A stretch of 63,974 bases of DNA, counting the filler, from Octopus bimaculoides (taxonomy: Eukaryota): NCBI RefSeq assembly GCF_001194135.2. It is 6 parts of 6 records of this genome, joined end to end, with 100 filler letters (N's around TTAATTAATTAA, not from the genome) between each part and the next. Parts side by side here need not be neighbours in the genome. Positions count along the whole stretch, not along the records: positions 26,503 to 44,532 come from NC_068983.1; 5 more parts are not named here. One strand, written 5' to 3'. Shown piece by piece: positions 26,503 through 39,029 of the stretch (positions within the stretch are counted from its first letter, which is position 1; the number at the start of each line of letters is the position of its first letter). The notes under the pieces are model-generated. The model did not search any database. It saw nothing but the letters and a program-made list of their open reading frames with translations, and was not told the origin of the DNA. A program made the translations under genes and the position numbers.

Positions 26503-26555
<53 letters not shown>

Positions 26556-27186
26556 CAAAACATGCAGTGACACAAAATAGAAATAAACACACAATATACA
26601 CTACGTAAACACATGTACATATACATACGTACGTGTGTGTCTGTGTGTCTACGTATATAATATGTTACTATGTATATATGGTTTGTGTTGTGTATTTCTT
26701 TCTATTCTGTGCCAGTGCATATGTTTTGCCGTATTAATCTCCGGCAATATCAATGTTCCCTGTTATCAGATGGTCTGTGTGGAACTGGATCTCCCAATGA
26801 TGGGAGGCATAGTTTTGTGTCACAGGAGGAGGAGGAGATCAAAGACTCATTGTGAAAAGTCAGTAAGAATCTATTCTCTGTGACCATCTCCCACTCTTTT
26901 GCTTCACCACTCTCTCCTCCCCCTCCTCATCCGCCTCCCTCTTTGAAATACTTTGCATAGTTGTCACATACCTTATGTCATTCTTCACATTTTTTTTCTC
27001 TCCTTTTTGTAGACAATTGCTTTTTTTTTTTCTTCTGGTTTTTATGGTTGTGGCCTAACGGGTTTTATTTTCTTAATGCTCACATGGAATACTCTAGAAT
27101 GTCTAGAGAAGCCCTTGTCTGGCTATCAGGAATATTTCCTTGGAGTTCACAAGGTGCACAATATATAAGAGATATGTGCATGTATG

Positions 27187-27217
<31 letters not shown>

Positions 27218-27254
27218 NNNNNNNNNNATATATATGTGTGTGTGTGTGTGTATA

Positions 27255-27378
27255 CATATATATCTGTCTGTCTACTTACATATTTGTCTATCTACTTACT
27301 TGGCTATGTACTTACCTATCTACCTTCATACTTATTTACTTACATACGTATCTACTCACCTCACCTGTCTGTCTGTCG

Positions 27379-27412
<34 letters not shown>

Positions 27413-27451
27413 ATATATATCTATATATCTAGCTAGCTAGCTATCAGTTTG

Positions 27452-27499
<48 letters not shown>

Positions 27500-27630
27500 C
27501 CTACCTATCTACCTATCAGTTTGTCTGTCTATCTATCTATCTGTCTGTCTTTCTATGTTTGTCTATCTATCTATCTGTCTTTGTCTATCTATGTCTGTCT
27601 GTCTTCCTATTTATTTACTTACCTATCTTA
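27255..27630. repeat. (ATCT)n / (GTCT)n tetranucleotide tract
   Basis: Direct reading. Confidence 0.9.
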
Positions 27631-27879
27631 TCCACCACTCTGTGGTTCTGTGTGTGTGCGTGTGTGTATACATACATACACACACACACCTTCTGTCCAT
27701 ACTCACACTTCTTAGAATGTTGGAGAGCACTACACTACCACCCCCTTACACAATCCACCCTATCACTTTTCTGATTCTATCCTTTCCTTTTTCTCAACCC
27801 TGTCACTAATCCCTTCCCACTTCATAGTTCTCTGCTATACTCCCCCATCCCCTCTTATTTACCATCCCTCATTCCTTCA

Positions 27880-28300
27880 TCTAGGATCATTGCCCACTCT
27901 GTTCTCCATCAGGAATTTTAAGGTTTTTGCCTTGAAAATTATGAGGTGACCATCACTAGTGCTACTGCCATATAAAAAAGCACCCACTGCACTAAGTTGA
28001 GTGGTTGGCATTAGGAAGGACATCCTGCTGTAGAAACCATGCCAAAGTAGGCATTGATGCATGACAGTCTTCTGATTTGTTAGACTTTGTCAAACTGTCA
28101 AATCAGGAATGCAAGCTGGGTGCTAAACTATGGTGATGATAATGAACAGGGGCAGTCAGGTGGCACTGGCATCACTCGAATGGTGCTTATTACATGCCAC
28201 CAGCATGGTAGCCAGTCAGGCGGCACTGGCATCGACCCACACTTGAATGGTGCTTTTTACGTGCCACCAGCATGGGTGCCAGTCGGGTGGCACTGGTTTG
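27880..28300. mobile_element. Degenerate family E (RTE-tailed SINE) segments
   Basis: aaaagcacccactgcact...ggttggcattaggaaggacatcctgctgtagaaacc (+), followed by ggcactggc...gtgctttttacgtgccacc repeats of the opposite orientation. Confidence 0.55.
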
Positions 28301-28399
28301 TATATAGATATGTATTTATGCATTGATATTTACAAAACATAAATTCATGTACATATGTTTACCTACAGAGAAAATGTGTTAGTGTGTGTGTGTATATGT

Positions 28400-28592
28400 C
28401 TTGTTTCGATCATTAGACTGCAGCCTTGCTGGGGCACATTACCTTGGAGAATTTTTAATCAAATGGATCAACCTCAGTACTTTTTTTTAAAGCTTGGTAC
28501 TTATCCTATCAGTCTCCTTTGTTGAGCTGCTAGGTCATGTGAACATAAACTCATCAACACCAGTTGTCAAGCAGTGGTGGGGAACGAAGACA

Positions 28593-28629
<37 letters not shown>

Positions 28630-28890
28630 ATACGACAGGCTTCTTTCAGTTCCCACCTACCAGATCCTTTCACAAGGCTTTGGTTATATATAGGTATCAT
28701 GCAACTTGCTGGTGAGTTTGAAATCATTCGTGTGTGTGTGTGTGTGTAAACAGTGGGATCCATCTAGTAGGTTAAGGGTCTGGTCCTACTGTGTGGCATC
28801 TTGACCAAATTCCTTCTCAAGCTTTAGACTGACCAAACTCTTGTCAGTGGATTTTGCAGACAGAAACTGAAAGAAGCCCCTTGTGTGTAT
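28400..28890. mobile_element. CpG-decayed family D SINE (-) plus a family D head (+)
   Basis: gtttcgatcattagactgcagccttgctgg...gacaggcttctttcagtt; then gaccaaactcttgtcagtggattttgcagacagaaactgaaagaagccc. Confidence 0.65.
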
Positions 28891-28948
28891 GTGTGTGTGT
28901 GTGTATTGTTTATATAGATACACACACACACACTCACATATATATATA

Positions 28949-29085
28949 GGGAGAATTCACAAAAAAAAACAAGACAAAGACAGGTGGTGTAGAAAACAAA
29001 CAGATGTATTAGTATAACGCTCGGGAATTGAAAAAGTCTTTAACGTTTCGAGCCTACGCTCTTCTGCAGAAAGAAACAAGCAGAG
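28949..29085 (-). mobile_element. Family F short Penelope-like element with hammerhead-like motif (29037-29074)
   Basis: Same sequence as 31700-31860 and 43330-43513; abuts (TA)n at its GGGAGAAT end. Confidence 0.65.
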
Positions 29086-29134
29086 AAAAAAAAATGTGTG
29101 TAGTGCTTAGCAGTCTATCATGTGTGTGTGTGTG

Positions 29135-29173
<39 letters not shown>

Positions 29174-29239
29174 NNNNNNNNNNNNNNNNNNNNNNNNNNN
29201 NNNNNNNNNNNNNNNNNNNNNNNNNNNNNNNNNNNNNNN

Positions 29240-29295
<56 letters not shown>

Positions 29296-29298
<3 letters not shown>

Positions 29299-29422
29299 GG
29301 TGTCCACAAAGTCTGGGTACATGGAGTAAATAAAATCATGACATAAACAATTAAATATAAGAAATAATAATTTATTAAAGTATGTGTTAATCCCCATGTA
29401 CCCAGAGTTTGTGGACACCCTG
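29296..29422. mobile_element. 127-bp Tc1/mariner-type MITE
   Basis: 29-bp TIRs CAGGGTGTCCACAAAGTCTGGGTACATGG / CCATGTACCCAGAGTTTGTGGACACCCTG (1 mismatch), inserted in (TA)n with TA on the right flank. Confidence 0.9.
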
Positions 29423-29432
29423 TATATATATA

Positions 29433-29490
29433 AAGATTTACTTTTCATAATGAGATAAAAAAACCAAGGCTGTATAGATTTTAGAATATA
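29433..29490. repeat. Short interspersed repeat family H (second copy at about 57860-57920)
   Basis: gatttacttttcataatgagataaaaaaaccaaggctgtatag vs gatttactcttcgtaatgagctaaaaaaagcaaggctgtgtat; both flanked by (TA)n. Confidence 0.55.
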
Positions 29491-31039
29491 TATATATATA
29501 TATATGCACACGTGTGTGTGTATGTATGTGTATTTTTCTATTTATATATGTATGTGTGTATGTATTGTTTTTCTCTTTATATATATATATGTGTGTGTGC
29601 ATGTGCATAGTTTCATATTTCTCTCCTGTCTCCATGTTTCAATCATTGGTTGTGAACAATGGTTTCACCAAGGGTGTCACTTGCTTTTAGTTCACTATAA
29701 AAACATGTGCAGGCTTCTTGACATGTTTCAATATGCTGCATGATCTTCGTAAACAAAAGGCTTGTTTCAGTGTCATTTGTTTCCGATTGCCTATGTAAGC
29801 CTGTCCGAGTTGTTTATTGTGCGAGAGACTGAGAAATTATTGAGGGCACTCAGTGACACTCAGGTTGAGGGCACTCAGTGACATGAAAGGCACCCCCCCC
29901 CCCGTTGAAAACTCTGTCTTAACATGCTCTTGTCTAACCCATGGAAGCATGGAAAAGTAGATGTTAGAATGGCGATGATGATGATGATATGAATTGTACT
30001 TGTTTTCCACAAATGACTTGACCTGAGACTGCATACACTGCAACAATTACATGATAGTCACATGATAGCCATTTAAATATTTAACTGTTTTAAAAGGCTA
30101 TCATATTTCTTCCATGACATAATTATCTCTCTTTCATACATACATACATATGCACAGACACACGTGTGTGTGTGTGTATATAAATATNNNNNNNNNNNNN
30201 NNNNNNNNNNNNNNNNNNNNNNNNNNNNNNNNNNNNNNNNNNNNNNNNNNNNNNNNNNNNNNNNNNNNNNNNNNNNNNNNNNNNNNNNNNNNNNNNNNNN
30301 NNNNNNNNNNNNNNNNNNNNNNNNNNNNNNNNNNNNNNNNNNNNNNNNNNNNNNNNNNNNNNNNNNNNNNNNNNNNNNNNNNNNNNNNNNNNNNNNNNNN
30401 NNNNNNNNNNNNNNNNNNNNNNNNNNNNNNNNNNNNNNNNNNNNNNNNNNNNNNNNNNNNNNNNNNNNNNNNNNNNNNNNNNNNNNNNNNNNNNNNNNNN
30501 NNNNNNNNNNNNNNNNNNNNNNNNNNNNNNNNNNNNNNNNNNNNNNNNNNNNNNNNNNNNNNNNNNNNNNNNNNNNNNNNNNNNNNNNNNNNNNNNNNNN
30601 NNNNNNNNNNNNNNNNNNNNNNNNNNNNNNNNNNNNNNNNNNNNNNNNNNNNNNNNNNNNNNNNNNNNNNNNNNNNNNNNNNNNNNNNNNNNNNNNNNNN
30701 NNNNNNNNNNNNNNNNNNNNNNNNNNNNNNNNNNNNNNNNNNNNNNNNNNNNNNNNNNNNNNNNNNNNNNNNNNNNNNNNNNNNNNNNNNNNNNNNNNNN
30801 NNNNNNNNNNNNNNNNNNNNNNNNNNNNNNNNNNNNNNNNNNNNNNNNNNNNNNNNNNNNNNNNNNNNNNNNNNNNNNNNNNNNNNNNNNNNNNNNNNNN
30901 NNNNNNNNNNNNNNNNNNNNNNNNNNNNNNNNNNNNNNNNNNNNNNNNNNNNNNNNNNNNNNNNNNNNNNNNNNNNNNNNNNNNNNNNNNNNNNNNNNNN
31001 NNNNNNNNNNNNNNNNNNNNNNNNNNNNNNNNNNNNNNA

Positions 31040-31347
31040 ACCACATGGTTCTGGGTTCAGTCCCACTGCGTGGCACCTTGGGCAAGTGTCTTCTATTATA
31101 GCCTCGAGCCGACCAAAGCCTTGTGAGTGGATTTGGTAGACGGAAACTGAAAGAAGCCTGTCGTATATGTATATATGTGTGTGTTTGTCCCCCCCATCAT
31201 CGCTTGACAACCGATGCTGGTGTGTTTACGTCCCTGTAACTTAGCGGTTCAGCAAAAGACCGATAAGAATAAGTCCTGGGGTCGATTTGCTTGGCTAAAG
31301 GCGGTGCTCCAGCATGGCCACAATCAACTGACTGAAATAAGTAAAAG
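31040..31347 (+). mobile_element. CORE-type SINE family D (5' end in the gap)
   Basis: accacatggttctgggttcagtcccactgcgtggcaccttgggcaag...gaaataagtaaaagag. Confidence 0.85.
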
Positions 31348-31356
31348 AGTATATAT

Positions 31357-31677
31357 ATGCATATATGAGTACAGGACATCACCAACAGTTCAAACAACAT
31401 GAAATATGTAAACAAATGCGTTAAATACATAAATGAGAAAAAAAAACAAAATGGAGAGCTGGACAAGTAAACACAGAGAAAGGACCCTTCATCAGTTGTT
31501 GGCTCTTTATCTTCTCATTTCGAGCATTCAATGACAATATGAGTCTTCAAAGACAGTTGCTCCCATGAATTCTAAAATAAAATTTAGGCTTTATAGAGGA
31601 TCAAAGTTGGGAACAAAAACCTGACAGTGGAGACATACAAGGAAACCGAACGAAAACAAACATGGAGGGGTCGTGTA
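31357..31677 (-). mobile_element. Family G repeat, probably a Penelope-like terminal segment (second copy 63755-63935, +)
   Basis: Shares tgggagcaa...atgctcgaaatga...catatttcatgtt...ctgtac(c/t)c...atatgcat with the 63755 copy; ends in (TA)n. Confidence 0.55.
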
Positions 31678-31699
31678 GAAAGATCGCTGACCACTACAT

Positions 31700-31860
31700 T
31701 TATATTTTTTTCTTCTTGTTTTTCTCCTTATTTCTTTCTGTTGAAGAGCGTAGCACGAAACGTTAAAGACTTTCTCTATTCCCGAGCGTTAAACTAATAC
31801 ATCCTTTCATTGTTTACACCACCTGTCCTCGTCTGTTGTTTTTTTCGTAAATTCTCCCAT
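31700..31860 (+). mobile_element. Family F element with hammerhead-like motif (31733-31769)
   Basis: tcttt-ctgttga-a-gagc-gta-gcac-gaaa-cgtt-aaaga; ends aattctccc|atata. Confidence 0.65.
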
Positions 31861-32006
31861 ATATAGTAGAACCTTGGTTTTCCTACAACACTGATCACGA
31901 ATAAATCGTATTTTATCTCTTGTCTTTCTCGTATTCATTTAATACAGTAGTACCTCGGTTTACAAACGCCTCTCATCACAAATAAATCATGCTTTATATA
32001 TACCTC

Positions 32007-32020
<14 letters not shown>

Positions 32021-32038
<18 letters not shown>

Positions 32039-32335
32039 AATGAGAATGTGTGTCTGTCTGTCTGTGTGAATCCCTAAAACTCGAGAACTACGCAACCAAT
32101 TTCATTCAAATTTTACAGATGCCTTACTTAGGGTTCCAGTTGTGTTTTAGTCAAAAAAATTTTTAACTTCTTGCAGAGTTCGAGCCCACAGCAACATAAT
32201 ATCTCCTCCACTATTTAAGTATTACGTGTCAAAATTGAAATAAAAACTCTCATGTCAAATACTTTCACTTTAAAAATGAAACTATTCCACTAACTGAAAC
32301 AATCACATTTCGATACCCTAATGACAGATACTTTC

Positions 32336-32382
<47 letters not shown>

Positions 32383-33611
32383 NNNNNNNNNNNNNNNNNN
32401 NNNNNNNNNNNNNNNNNNNNNNNNNNNNNNNNNNNNNNNNNNNNNNNNNNNNNNNNNNNNNNNNNNNNNNNNNNNNNNNNNNNNNNNNNNNNNNNNNNNN
32501 NNNNNNNNNNNNNNNNNNNNNNNNNNNNNNNNNNNNNNNNNNNNNNNNNNNNNNNNNNNNNNNNNNNNNNNNNNNNNNNNNNNNNNNNNNNNNNNNNNNN
32601 NNNNNNNNNNNNNNNNNNNNNNNNNNNNNNNNNNNNNNNNNNNNNNNNNNNNNNNNNNNNNNNNNNNNNNNNNNNNNNNNNNNNNNNNNNNNNNNNNNNN
32701 NNNNNNNNNNNNNNNNNNNNNNNNNNNNNNNNNNNNNNNNNNNNNNNNNNNNNNNNNNNNNNNNNNNNNNNNNNNNNNNNNNNNNNNNNNNNNNNNNNNN
32801 NNNNNNNNNNNNNNNNNNNNNNNNNNNNNNNNNNNNNNNNNNNNNNNNNNNNNNNNNNNNNNNNNNNNNNNNNNNNNNNNNNNNNNNNNNNNNNNNNNNN
32901 NNNNNNNNNNNNNNNNNNNNNNNNNNNNNNNNNNNNNNNNNNNNNNNNNNNNNNNNNNNNNNNNNNNNNNNNNNNNNNNNNNNNNNNNNNNNNNNNNNNN
33001 NNNNNNNNNNNNNNNNNNNNNNNNNNNNNNNNNNNNNNNNNNNNNNNNNNNNNNNNNNNNNNNNNNNNNNNNNNNNNNNNNNNNNNNNNNNNNNNNNNNN
33101 NNNNNNNNNNNNNNNNNNNNNNNNNNNNNNNNNNNNNNNNNNNNNNNNNNNNNNNNNNNNNNNNNNNNNNNNNNNNNNNNNNNNNNNNNNNNNNNNNNNN
33201 NNNNNNNNNNNNNNNNNNNNNNNNNNNNNNNNNNNNNNNNNNNNNNNNNNNNNNNNNNNNNNNNNNNNNNNNNNNNNNNNNATTGTCAAGTAAATGAGAC
33301 GCATCTTTGCCTCCACTGTTTCACTTGCAAAGTGTTGAGTAAAATTATTTCGTTGCAGACCTCCTTTGGGTCTTTTTATTATCACTACGACACACATAGT
33401 CCCCAGTTGGTAACATTGATTTCAAGGCCCTCCTAGATGAGAGACTGGCATTCCACTTAATGTCTATGTTCCATGCTGGCATGGATTGGAGAGTTATTAA
33501 TGTAGAAATATGGTATCGTAGCTACTAACAGTTGAGGGTTGCGTAGTCTAGACGGCGTTTTTAGATTTCATTATTCTCTTTAACCCGGGCAAAGCCGGGT
33601 ATTTCTGCTAG
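32021..33611 (+). mobile_element. Probable non-autonomous Helitron (spans a gap of about 900 N)
   Basis: 5' a|TCTATATATA...gtctgtctgtctg; 3' hairpin ACCCGG-GCAAAG-CCGGGT (33583-33600) 7 nt before the terminal CTAG|t. Linking the two ends across the gap is inferred. Confidence 0.6.
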
Positions 33612-33785
33612 TACAGCTATATATATTAAGCACGATTTATTCACAATCAGAGTTGTTCAAAAACCGAGGTACTACTACTATATTATTACAGAGATGTACT
33701 TGCATAGAAAGTGACTTGATTTGAGATCGTGTGCTGAAACAAAAGCAATTGCAACGTGAAGGTGTTTATAACCCATTTAAAAACA

Positions 33786-33985
33786 CAAAAACCATTAGAT
33801 TCACTTCAACATTTAAATTTTAATTTGTCAAAATATTTTTGTTGCTTTGAAACCGCGACCTGTTCACGGACAAAATGCAGATGCAGCACAGAATTTTGTC
33901 AGTGAATAGGTTGCAGTTTCAATGCAACGAAAATATTTTGACAAATTAAAATTTAAATGTTGAAGTGAATCTAATGGTTTTTGTG
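33786..33985. repeat. Fold-back element with arms of about 91 bp and a 16-bp spacer, within a larger repeat-like segment (about 33620-34320)
   Basis: cacaaaaaccattagattcacttcaacatttaaattttaatttgtcaaaatattt... mirrored by ...aaatattttgacaaattaaaatttaaatgttgaagtgaatctaatggtttttgtg. Confidence 0.9.
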
Positions 33986-35104
33986 GGATCTAGTTTAAAA
34001 CGGGGGCACCAGTATTTTCTTAATGAAACACTAACGAAACACTTTGAAACTTGGGACACTGGTAGAATGTGTCATATAAAACATCTTTTACTCTTAGTCT
34101 TCTTAACAGAAAAAAGGAATTCGCAAGTTATTCCATGTTAAAGTTGTCGTATTTCTGTAATTTCAACCAATCACTGACGTCTATTCAGCTGAATAGAGTT
34201 ACTGCTGGGCGGTCATAAAAATGTTATTCCCTGTGACATATTTCATCCGCTTTAATCGTAATTTATACGCATATATTGTTTATATAATAAATTACGCTGT
34301 GCGTATCTATGTGTGTAACAATTTTAGAGNNNNNNNNNNNNNNNNNNNNNNNNNNNNNNNNNNNNNNNNNNNNNNNNNNNNNNNNNNNNNNNNNNNNNNN
34401 NNNNNNNNNNNNNNNNNNNNNNNNNNNNNNNNNNNNNNNNNNNNNNNNNNNNNNNNNNNNNNNNNNNNNNNNNNNNNNNNNNNNNNNNNNNNNNNNNNNN
34501 NNNNNNNNNNNNNNNNNNNNNNNNNNNNNNNNNNNNNNNNNNNNNNNNNNNNNNNNNNNNNNNNNNNNNNNNNNNNNNNNNNNNNNNNNNNNNNNNNNNN
34601 NNNNNNNNNNNNNNNNNNNNNNNNNNNNNNNNNNNNNNNNNNNNNNNNNNNNNNNNNNNNNNNNNNNNNNNNNNNNNNNNNNNNNNNNNNNNNNNNNNNN
34701 NNNNNNNNNNNNNNNNNNNNNNNNNNNNNNNNNNNNNNNNNNNNNNNNNNNNNNNNNNNNNNNNNNNNNNNNNNNNNNNNNNNNNNNNNNNNNNNNNNNN
34801 NNNNNNNNNNNNNCAAAGAATTTAATTATTTTACTTATATTTTTCCTAGTTTTGCAAATTCTGTTATTTGTATATTAGATTTTAAAAGCAAATGGTCATA
34901 TTTGTATATATACTTTGTTACTGCTATTAACTGGAACTAAATTGACAGGGGATTTCTGTTTTTTTTTTTATAGTTGAGTGAAATGAATTTTTTCATGTTC
35001 CTTGCTCAGAAACTACACAGTGATAGTACAGCTTGAATTCAATCATGTTGCTGGTATTAAACTAGTTCCTTAATCTCAGTATCTATCTGTCTTTTACAAC
35101 TACT

Positions 35105-35258
35105 GAGTGTGTGTGTGTGTGTGTGTGTGCATGCACATGCTTATACCAGGTATGTTTGTGTGTGTTAGATATGTGTATGCGTGCACCCCATGCACTTGCT
35201 GACACATGTACACATATTATACATACATGCATTTGCTGGTACATACACACATTCACAG

Positions 35259-35293
<35 letters not shown>

Positions 35294-35345
35294 TATACAC
35301 ACATGCACTTGCAGACACATGCACACATATTACACACACATAAAT

Positions 35346-35376
<31 letters not shown>

Positions 35377-35570
35377 TACACATGCACTTGCTGACACATG
35401 CACACATATTATACACCCATGCATTTGCTGGTACATACACACATTCACAGATATACACATGCACTTGCTGAATATACACACACACACATACACACACATT
35501 GGTATACACACATGCACTTGCAGACACATGCACACAGATTACACACCCACAGACGTGCATATACTCAAAA
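35105..35570. repeat. Complex (CA)-based minisatellite with internal duplication periods of about 192-209 bp
   Basis: catgcacttgctgacacatg at 35189 and 35381; attcacagatatacac at 35251 and 35443; catgcacttgcagacacatg at 35302 and 35511. Confidence 0.8.
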
Positions 35571-35724
35571 TATATTTGTATGGAAGTAGTAGCAATTAGT
35601 CTAATTGTCACTCCTACCACAGCACACACGCTGACATTAACCCACTCGACAGCTTTTGTTCCTTTAACCTATCTCAAACACTGTAAACACCTTTTGTGCT
35701 CATAAACATTTTCTTCTCTGTCAG

Positions 35725-35773
35725 AAGCTCCCAAACTTTTACCATCATGACCTATTTTGGCAATTCAATAACC
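35725..35773 (+). CDS. Candidate 49-bp exon (KLPNFYHHDLFWQFNN or SSQTFTIMTYFGNSIT)
   Basis: Acceptor cattttcttctctgtcag and donor ACC|gtatgt bracket unique sequence; two frames open. Confidence 0.3.
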
Positions 35774-35866
35774 GTATGTTACCCTCCTTTTAATGTTTTC
35801 CTATGGAGCGTACTTAATATTTGATATTTTTCTTGAGAAATATACTTTATTTATCAAGCTCAAAAT

Positions 35867-36128
35867 CAGTGGTTCTCAACCAAGGTCCACATTGACTCCT
35901 GAGGGTTCACAAAGAATTTTGTTGTTGAAATTTATCTGTAATAAATTGGTTATACTTCTGCTGTACACAAAATATTTCAACAATTTTTTTTTATATACAA
36001 TTTGTAATAATATTTATTTACAGAAATGAAATATGATTTTTTGAAACATCAAATGGCTAGGACAGTCCATCCAAGTAAAATAGGAATCAAAAGAGTCTGT
36101 AGGAAAAAAAAATGGTTGAGAACCGCTG
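35867..36128. mobile_element. hAT (Charlie-like) MITE, complete
   Basis: TIRs CAGTGGTTCTCAACC / GGTTGAGAACCGCTG; 8-bp TSD CTCAAAAT / CTCTAAAT (7 of 8 match). Confidence 0.85.
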
Positions 36129-36264
36129 CTCTAAATGTATGAAAGGCAATGTTGACTTTGGTAGAATTTGAACTCTGAAAGCCAGAATAAATATTGCAAG
36201 GCATTCTATTCTAATGACTATAATTTGTTTAGGAGGCAAATTAGCAGTTTAATTATTCATGAAC

Positions 36265-36685
36265 AAGCGTGGCTGTATGGTTAAGTATGATTCTCTACAA
36301 TCTTGTCTTGGGTTCAGTTCCACTACATAACATCTTGGGCAAGTGTCTTCTACAATAGACTCAGGCTGACCAAAGCCTTGTGAGTGGATTTGGAAGACGG
36401 AAACTGAAAGAAGCCTGTTGTATGTGTATTTGTGTTTGTGTTTGTGTGTAATCTTGTCTGGACTTCATGTCATGATTGTAATTGAGCATCATTTTCACAC
36501 AAGTGAGGTTGTTTGTTTCCAGTCTTCTATGAAAAGCAAGTCTACCTATGGACAAAATGTTACCTTGCTGAGAAACAGGTGAGGGTTAGTGACAGGAAGG
36601 TCACCCGGCTGTAGATATTCTGCTTCAACAAATTCTGTCTGACTCATGCAAGCATAGAAAACTGGACATTAAATAATGATGATGT
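36265..36685 (+). mobile_element. CpG-decayed family D head followed by an RTE-tailed SINE variant
   Basis: gcgtggctgtatggttaag...gaaactgaaagaagcctg; then gagaaacaggtgagggttagtgacaggaagg...gcaagcatagaaaactggacattaaataatgatgatg. Confidence 0.65.
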
Positions 36686-36914
36686 AACATAAGAACTTGT
36701 AAAGGATATTAAAATTGCCTTTTTCAATTTTAAGACTTTGCAGAATAGTTTTTTAATGACTCGTAGTGCCTTAATTTCTAGGGCTTAGCAATATCTTACT
36801 CTAAATCTGAAGTTTTTCTCTCCCCCACTACCATTAGACCAAGTTGACTTCTCATAGTCCTTGAAATTTCTTTGTAGACAGTCTTACCTTTTCAGAAAAA
36901 TAATGTTTTTTGAG

Positions 36915-37345
36915 CGAGGTCATTGCCAGTGCCACTGGACTGGCTCCTGTGCAGGTGGCATGTAAAAAACACCACTTGAGCATGGCCGTTGCCAGTTCCG
37001 TCTGACTGGCCCTCATGCTGGTGGCATGTAAAAGCACCCACTACACTCTCGGAGTGGTTGGCATTAGGAAGGGCATCCAGCTGTAGAAACTCTGCCAGAT
37101 CAGATTGGAGCCTGGTGTATCCATCCCCTCTCCACACCACCGGTGTTATCCAAGGGAAAGGCAAAGGCTGATACAGCTTGGCACCTGTGACGTCGCAACT
37201 CATTTTTACAGCTGATTGAACTGGAGCTACGTGAAATAAAGTGTCTTGCTCAAGAACACAATACAAAGCCCGGTCCGTGATTCAAACTCACAACCTCACG
37301 ATCGTAAGCTCGACACTCTAACCACTGAGCCATGCGCCTTCACTT
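36915..37345. mobile_element. Family E segment (+) joined to a CORE-type SINE (-)
   Basis: gccagtgccactggactggc...cagctgtagaaactctgccagatcagattggagcc; then gtgaaataaagtgtcttgctcaagaacacaa...ctaaccactgagccatgcgcc. Confidence 0.7.
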
Positions 37346-37479
37346 TAGTAGCTAATATTGAATCAAATATTTCTTCTGATTATTCTTGTTTGTTTATGTT
37401 TTTTTTGGATTTTTTTTTTGTTGTACCATGGCAAAAACAAAACAAAAAAAAACATTGACACTGCCATAGTGAAGTACAA

Positions 37480-37850
37480 CCTTGCATATACCTTTCACTT
37501 GTTGAACTATATCCATGCAACAGCGCCACCTTGAGAGGTTTTGGACAGACATATTGACCCTAGTGCTTATTTTTAAGTCTGGTACATCTTCTACCCATCT
37601 CTTTTACTGAACTGCTAAGTTACAGGGATGTGAACAAACCAACACCTGTTAACAAACACAAAGGCAAACATACATACCTACACACACACACACACACACA
37701 CAAGTGTGTTCCTCACATCTATCAAACTCCCACACAAGGCATTGGTCAGCCTGGGGTTATAGTAGAATGCCCTTAAGATACTGCATAGTGGTACTGAATC
37801 TGAACTCACATGGCTGCAAAGTGAGGGTCCTAACAATGCAGCTATGCCTG
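37480..37850 (-). mobile_element. CORE-type SINE family D, strongly CpG-decayed
   Basis: actgaactgctaagttacagggatgtgaac corresponds to gccgaaccgctaagttacggggacgtaaac of young copies. Confidence 0.7.
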
Positions 37851-37976
37851 TATCTATAGTCATGTATGTATTTTATCAACCTCTGAAGAATGAATGAAAA
37901 GCAAAATGGGCAGAACTGGACCTGAGAGCAGAACTGGACCTTAGTTAAACAACACAAGGCATTTTGTCTTCTACAG

Positions 37977-38044
37977 CAATCCTGACAGCCACTGTCTTAT
38001 GTAATACAGTGGAAAAGAATTTGTCACAGAATATGTAGCTCAAG
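37977..38044 (+). other. Candidate 68-bp exon, reading frame unresolved (a stop in every frame)
   Basis: Acceptor ggcattttgtcttctacag, donor CAAG|gtttgt; phase 2 reads NPDSHCLM*YSGKEFVTEYVAQ, phase 1 reads ILTATVLCNTVEKNLSQNM*. Confidence 0.25.
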
Positions 38045-38679
38045 GTTTGTTTTTTCTTTTCTGTTTGAGAATTCTTCAGTTTCATTTATTCGACTTCTTT
38101 AGTAAATTCACTAAATTGAATTCTCTGTATCTTGGCAATATTTTCTTATATTTTTAAAGAAAGTATTTTTTTAAATCTTTTGTGCAAGCTTGGTTGCGTT
38201 AGAGGAGGGAGTGGAGCATCCATCTCAGAGATTGAACTCATTTCTCTTTAATGAAATTCATAACATTTCTATTTACAAATACATCATGTATTATGAAACT
38301 ACTTGCCTGAAAATATGGGTTAACTTATAAATAGTTGACATCAGCATGTTAAAATTCTTTGTAAATGTTAAAAGGTTGGTAGCGTTCTTTTTGACAGTTT
38401 TGCAAGACTGACATAAATAAATCTGTGAGGTGACTGTGGAATAGCAGAGGAATTTTTAAATGTCAGAATTTTATCTCAGTCAAGAACTGGAATTTACTCT
38501 TTTGAAATAGCTTTTAGTTTGCTGTTGTTGGGTATGTTTTATTTTATAATTTTCTTTTGCTAAATTAATAGGGTCGTTATATTGTTCATTATTGTCATTA
38601 ACTAAATACTATTGTTTAAGGAAGTTCAAGTTTGGAAATAGGCTTTATTATTGTTATCATGGTTGTTGTTGTTGTTGTT

Positions 38680-38995
38680 GTGAGGGCACATGGTTTAATG
38701 GTTAGAGTATTTTGGCTCGCAATTGTAAGGTCATGAGTTTGATTCCCAGTTATGCATTGTATCTTTGAACAGGACTCTAGTTCATGTTGCTCTAGTCTGC
38801 TCAGCTGGCAAAAATGAGCTGTACCTGTAATTCAAAGGGGCCAGCCTTGTCACATTCTGGATCATGCTGAATCTCCTTGAGAACTTCATTAAGGGTACAC
38901 TTGTTTGTGGAAGTGCTCAGCCCCTTGCATGTTAATTTCATGAGCAGGCTGTTCTGTTGATCAGATCAACTGGAACACTTGCCATCATAACCAAC
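38680..38995 (+). mobile_element. Family C SINE, CpG-decayed
   Basis: gagggcacatggtttaatggttagag...gagtttgattccc...caaaggggccagccttgtcac...gatcagatcaactggaacac. Confidence 0.75.
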
Positions 38996-39029
38996 AGAGT
39001 GACAGTTATTATTATTACTATTATTATTT

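Noticed and set aside
31480-31530. GAAA followed by CUGAUGA on the minus strand in family G (possible type II hammerhead)
   Set aside because: Stem II can pair weakly (GCUC/GGGU) but no stem I can be formed, and the 63755 copy lacks the CUGAUGA part.
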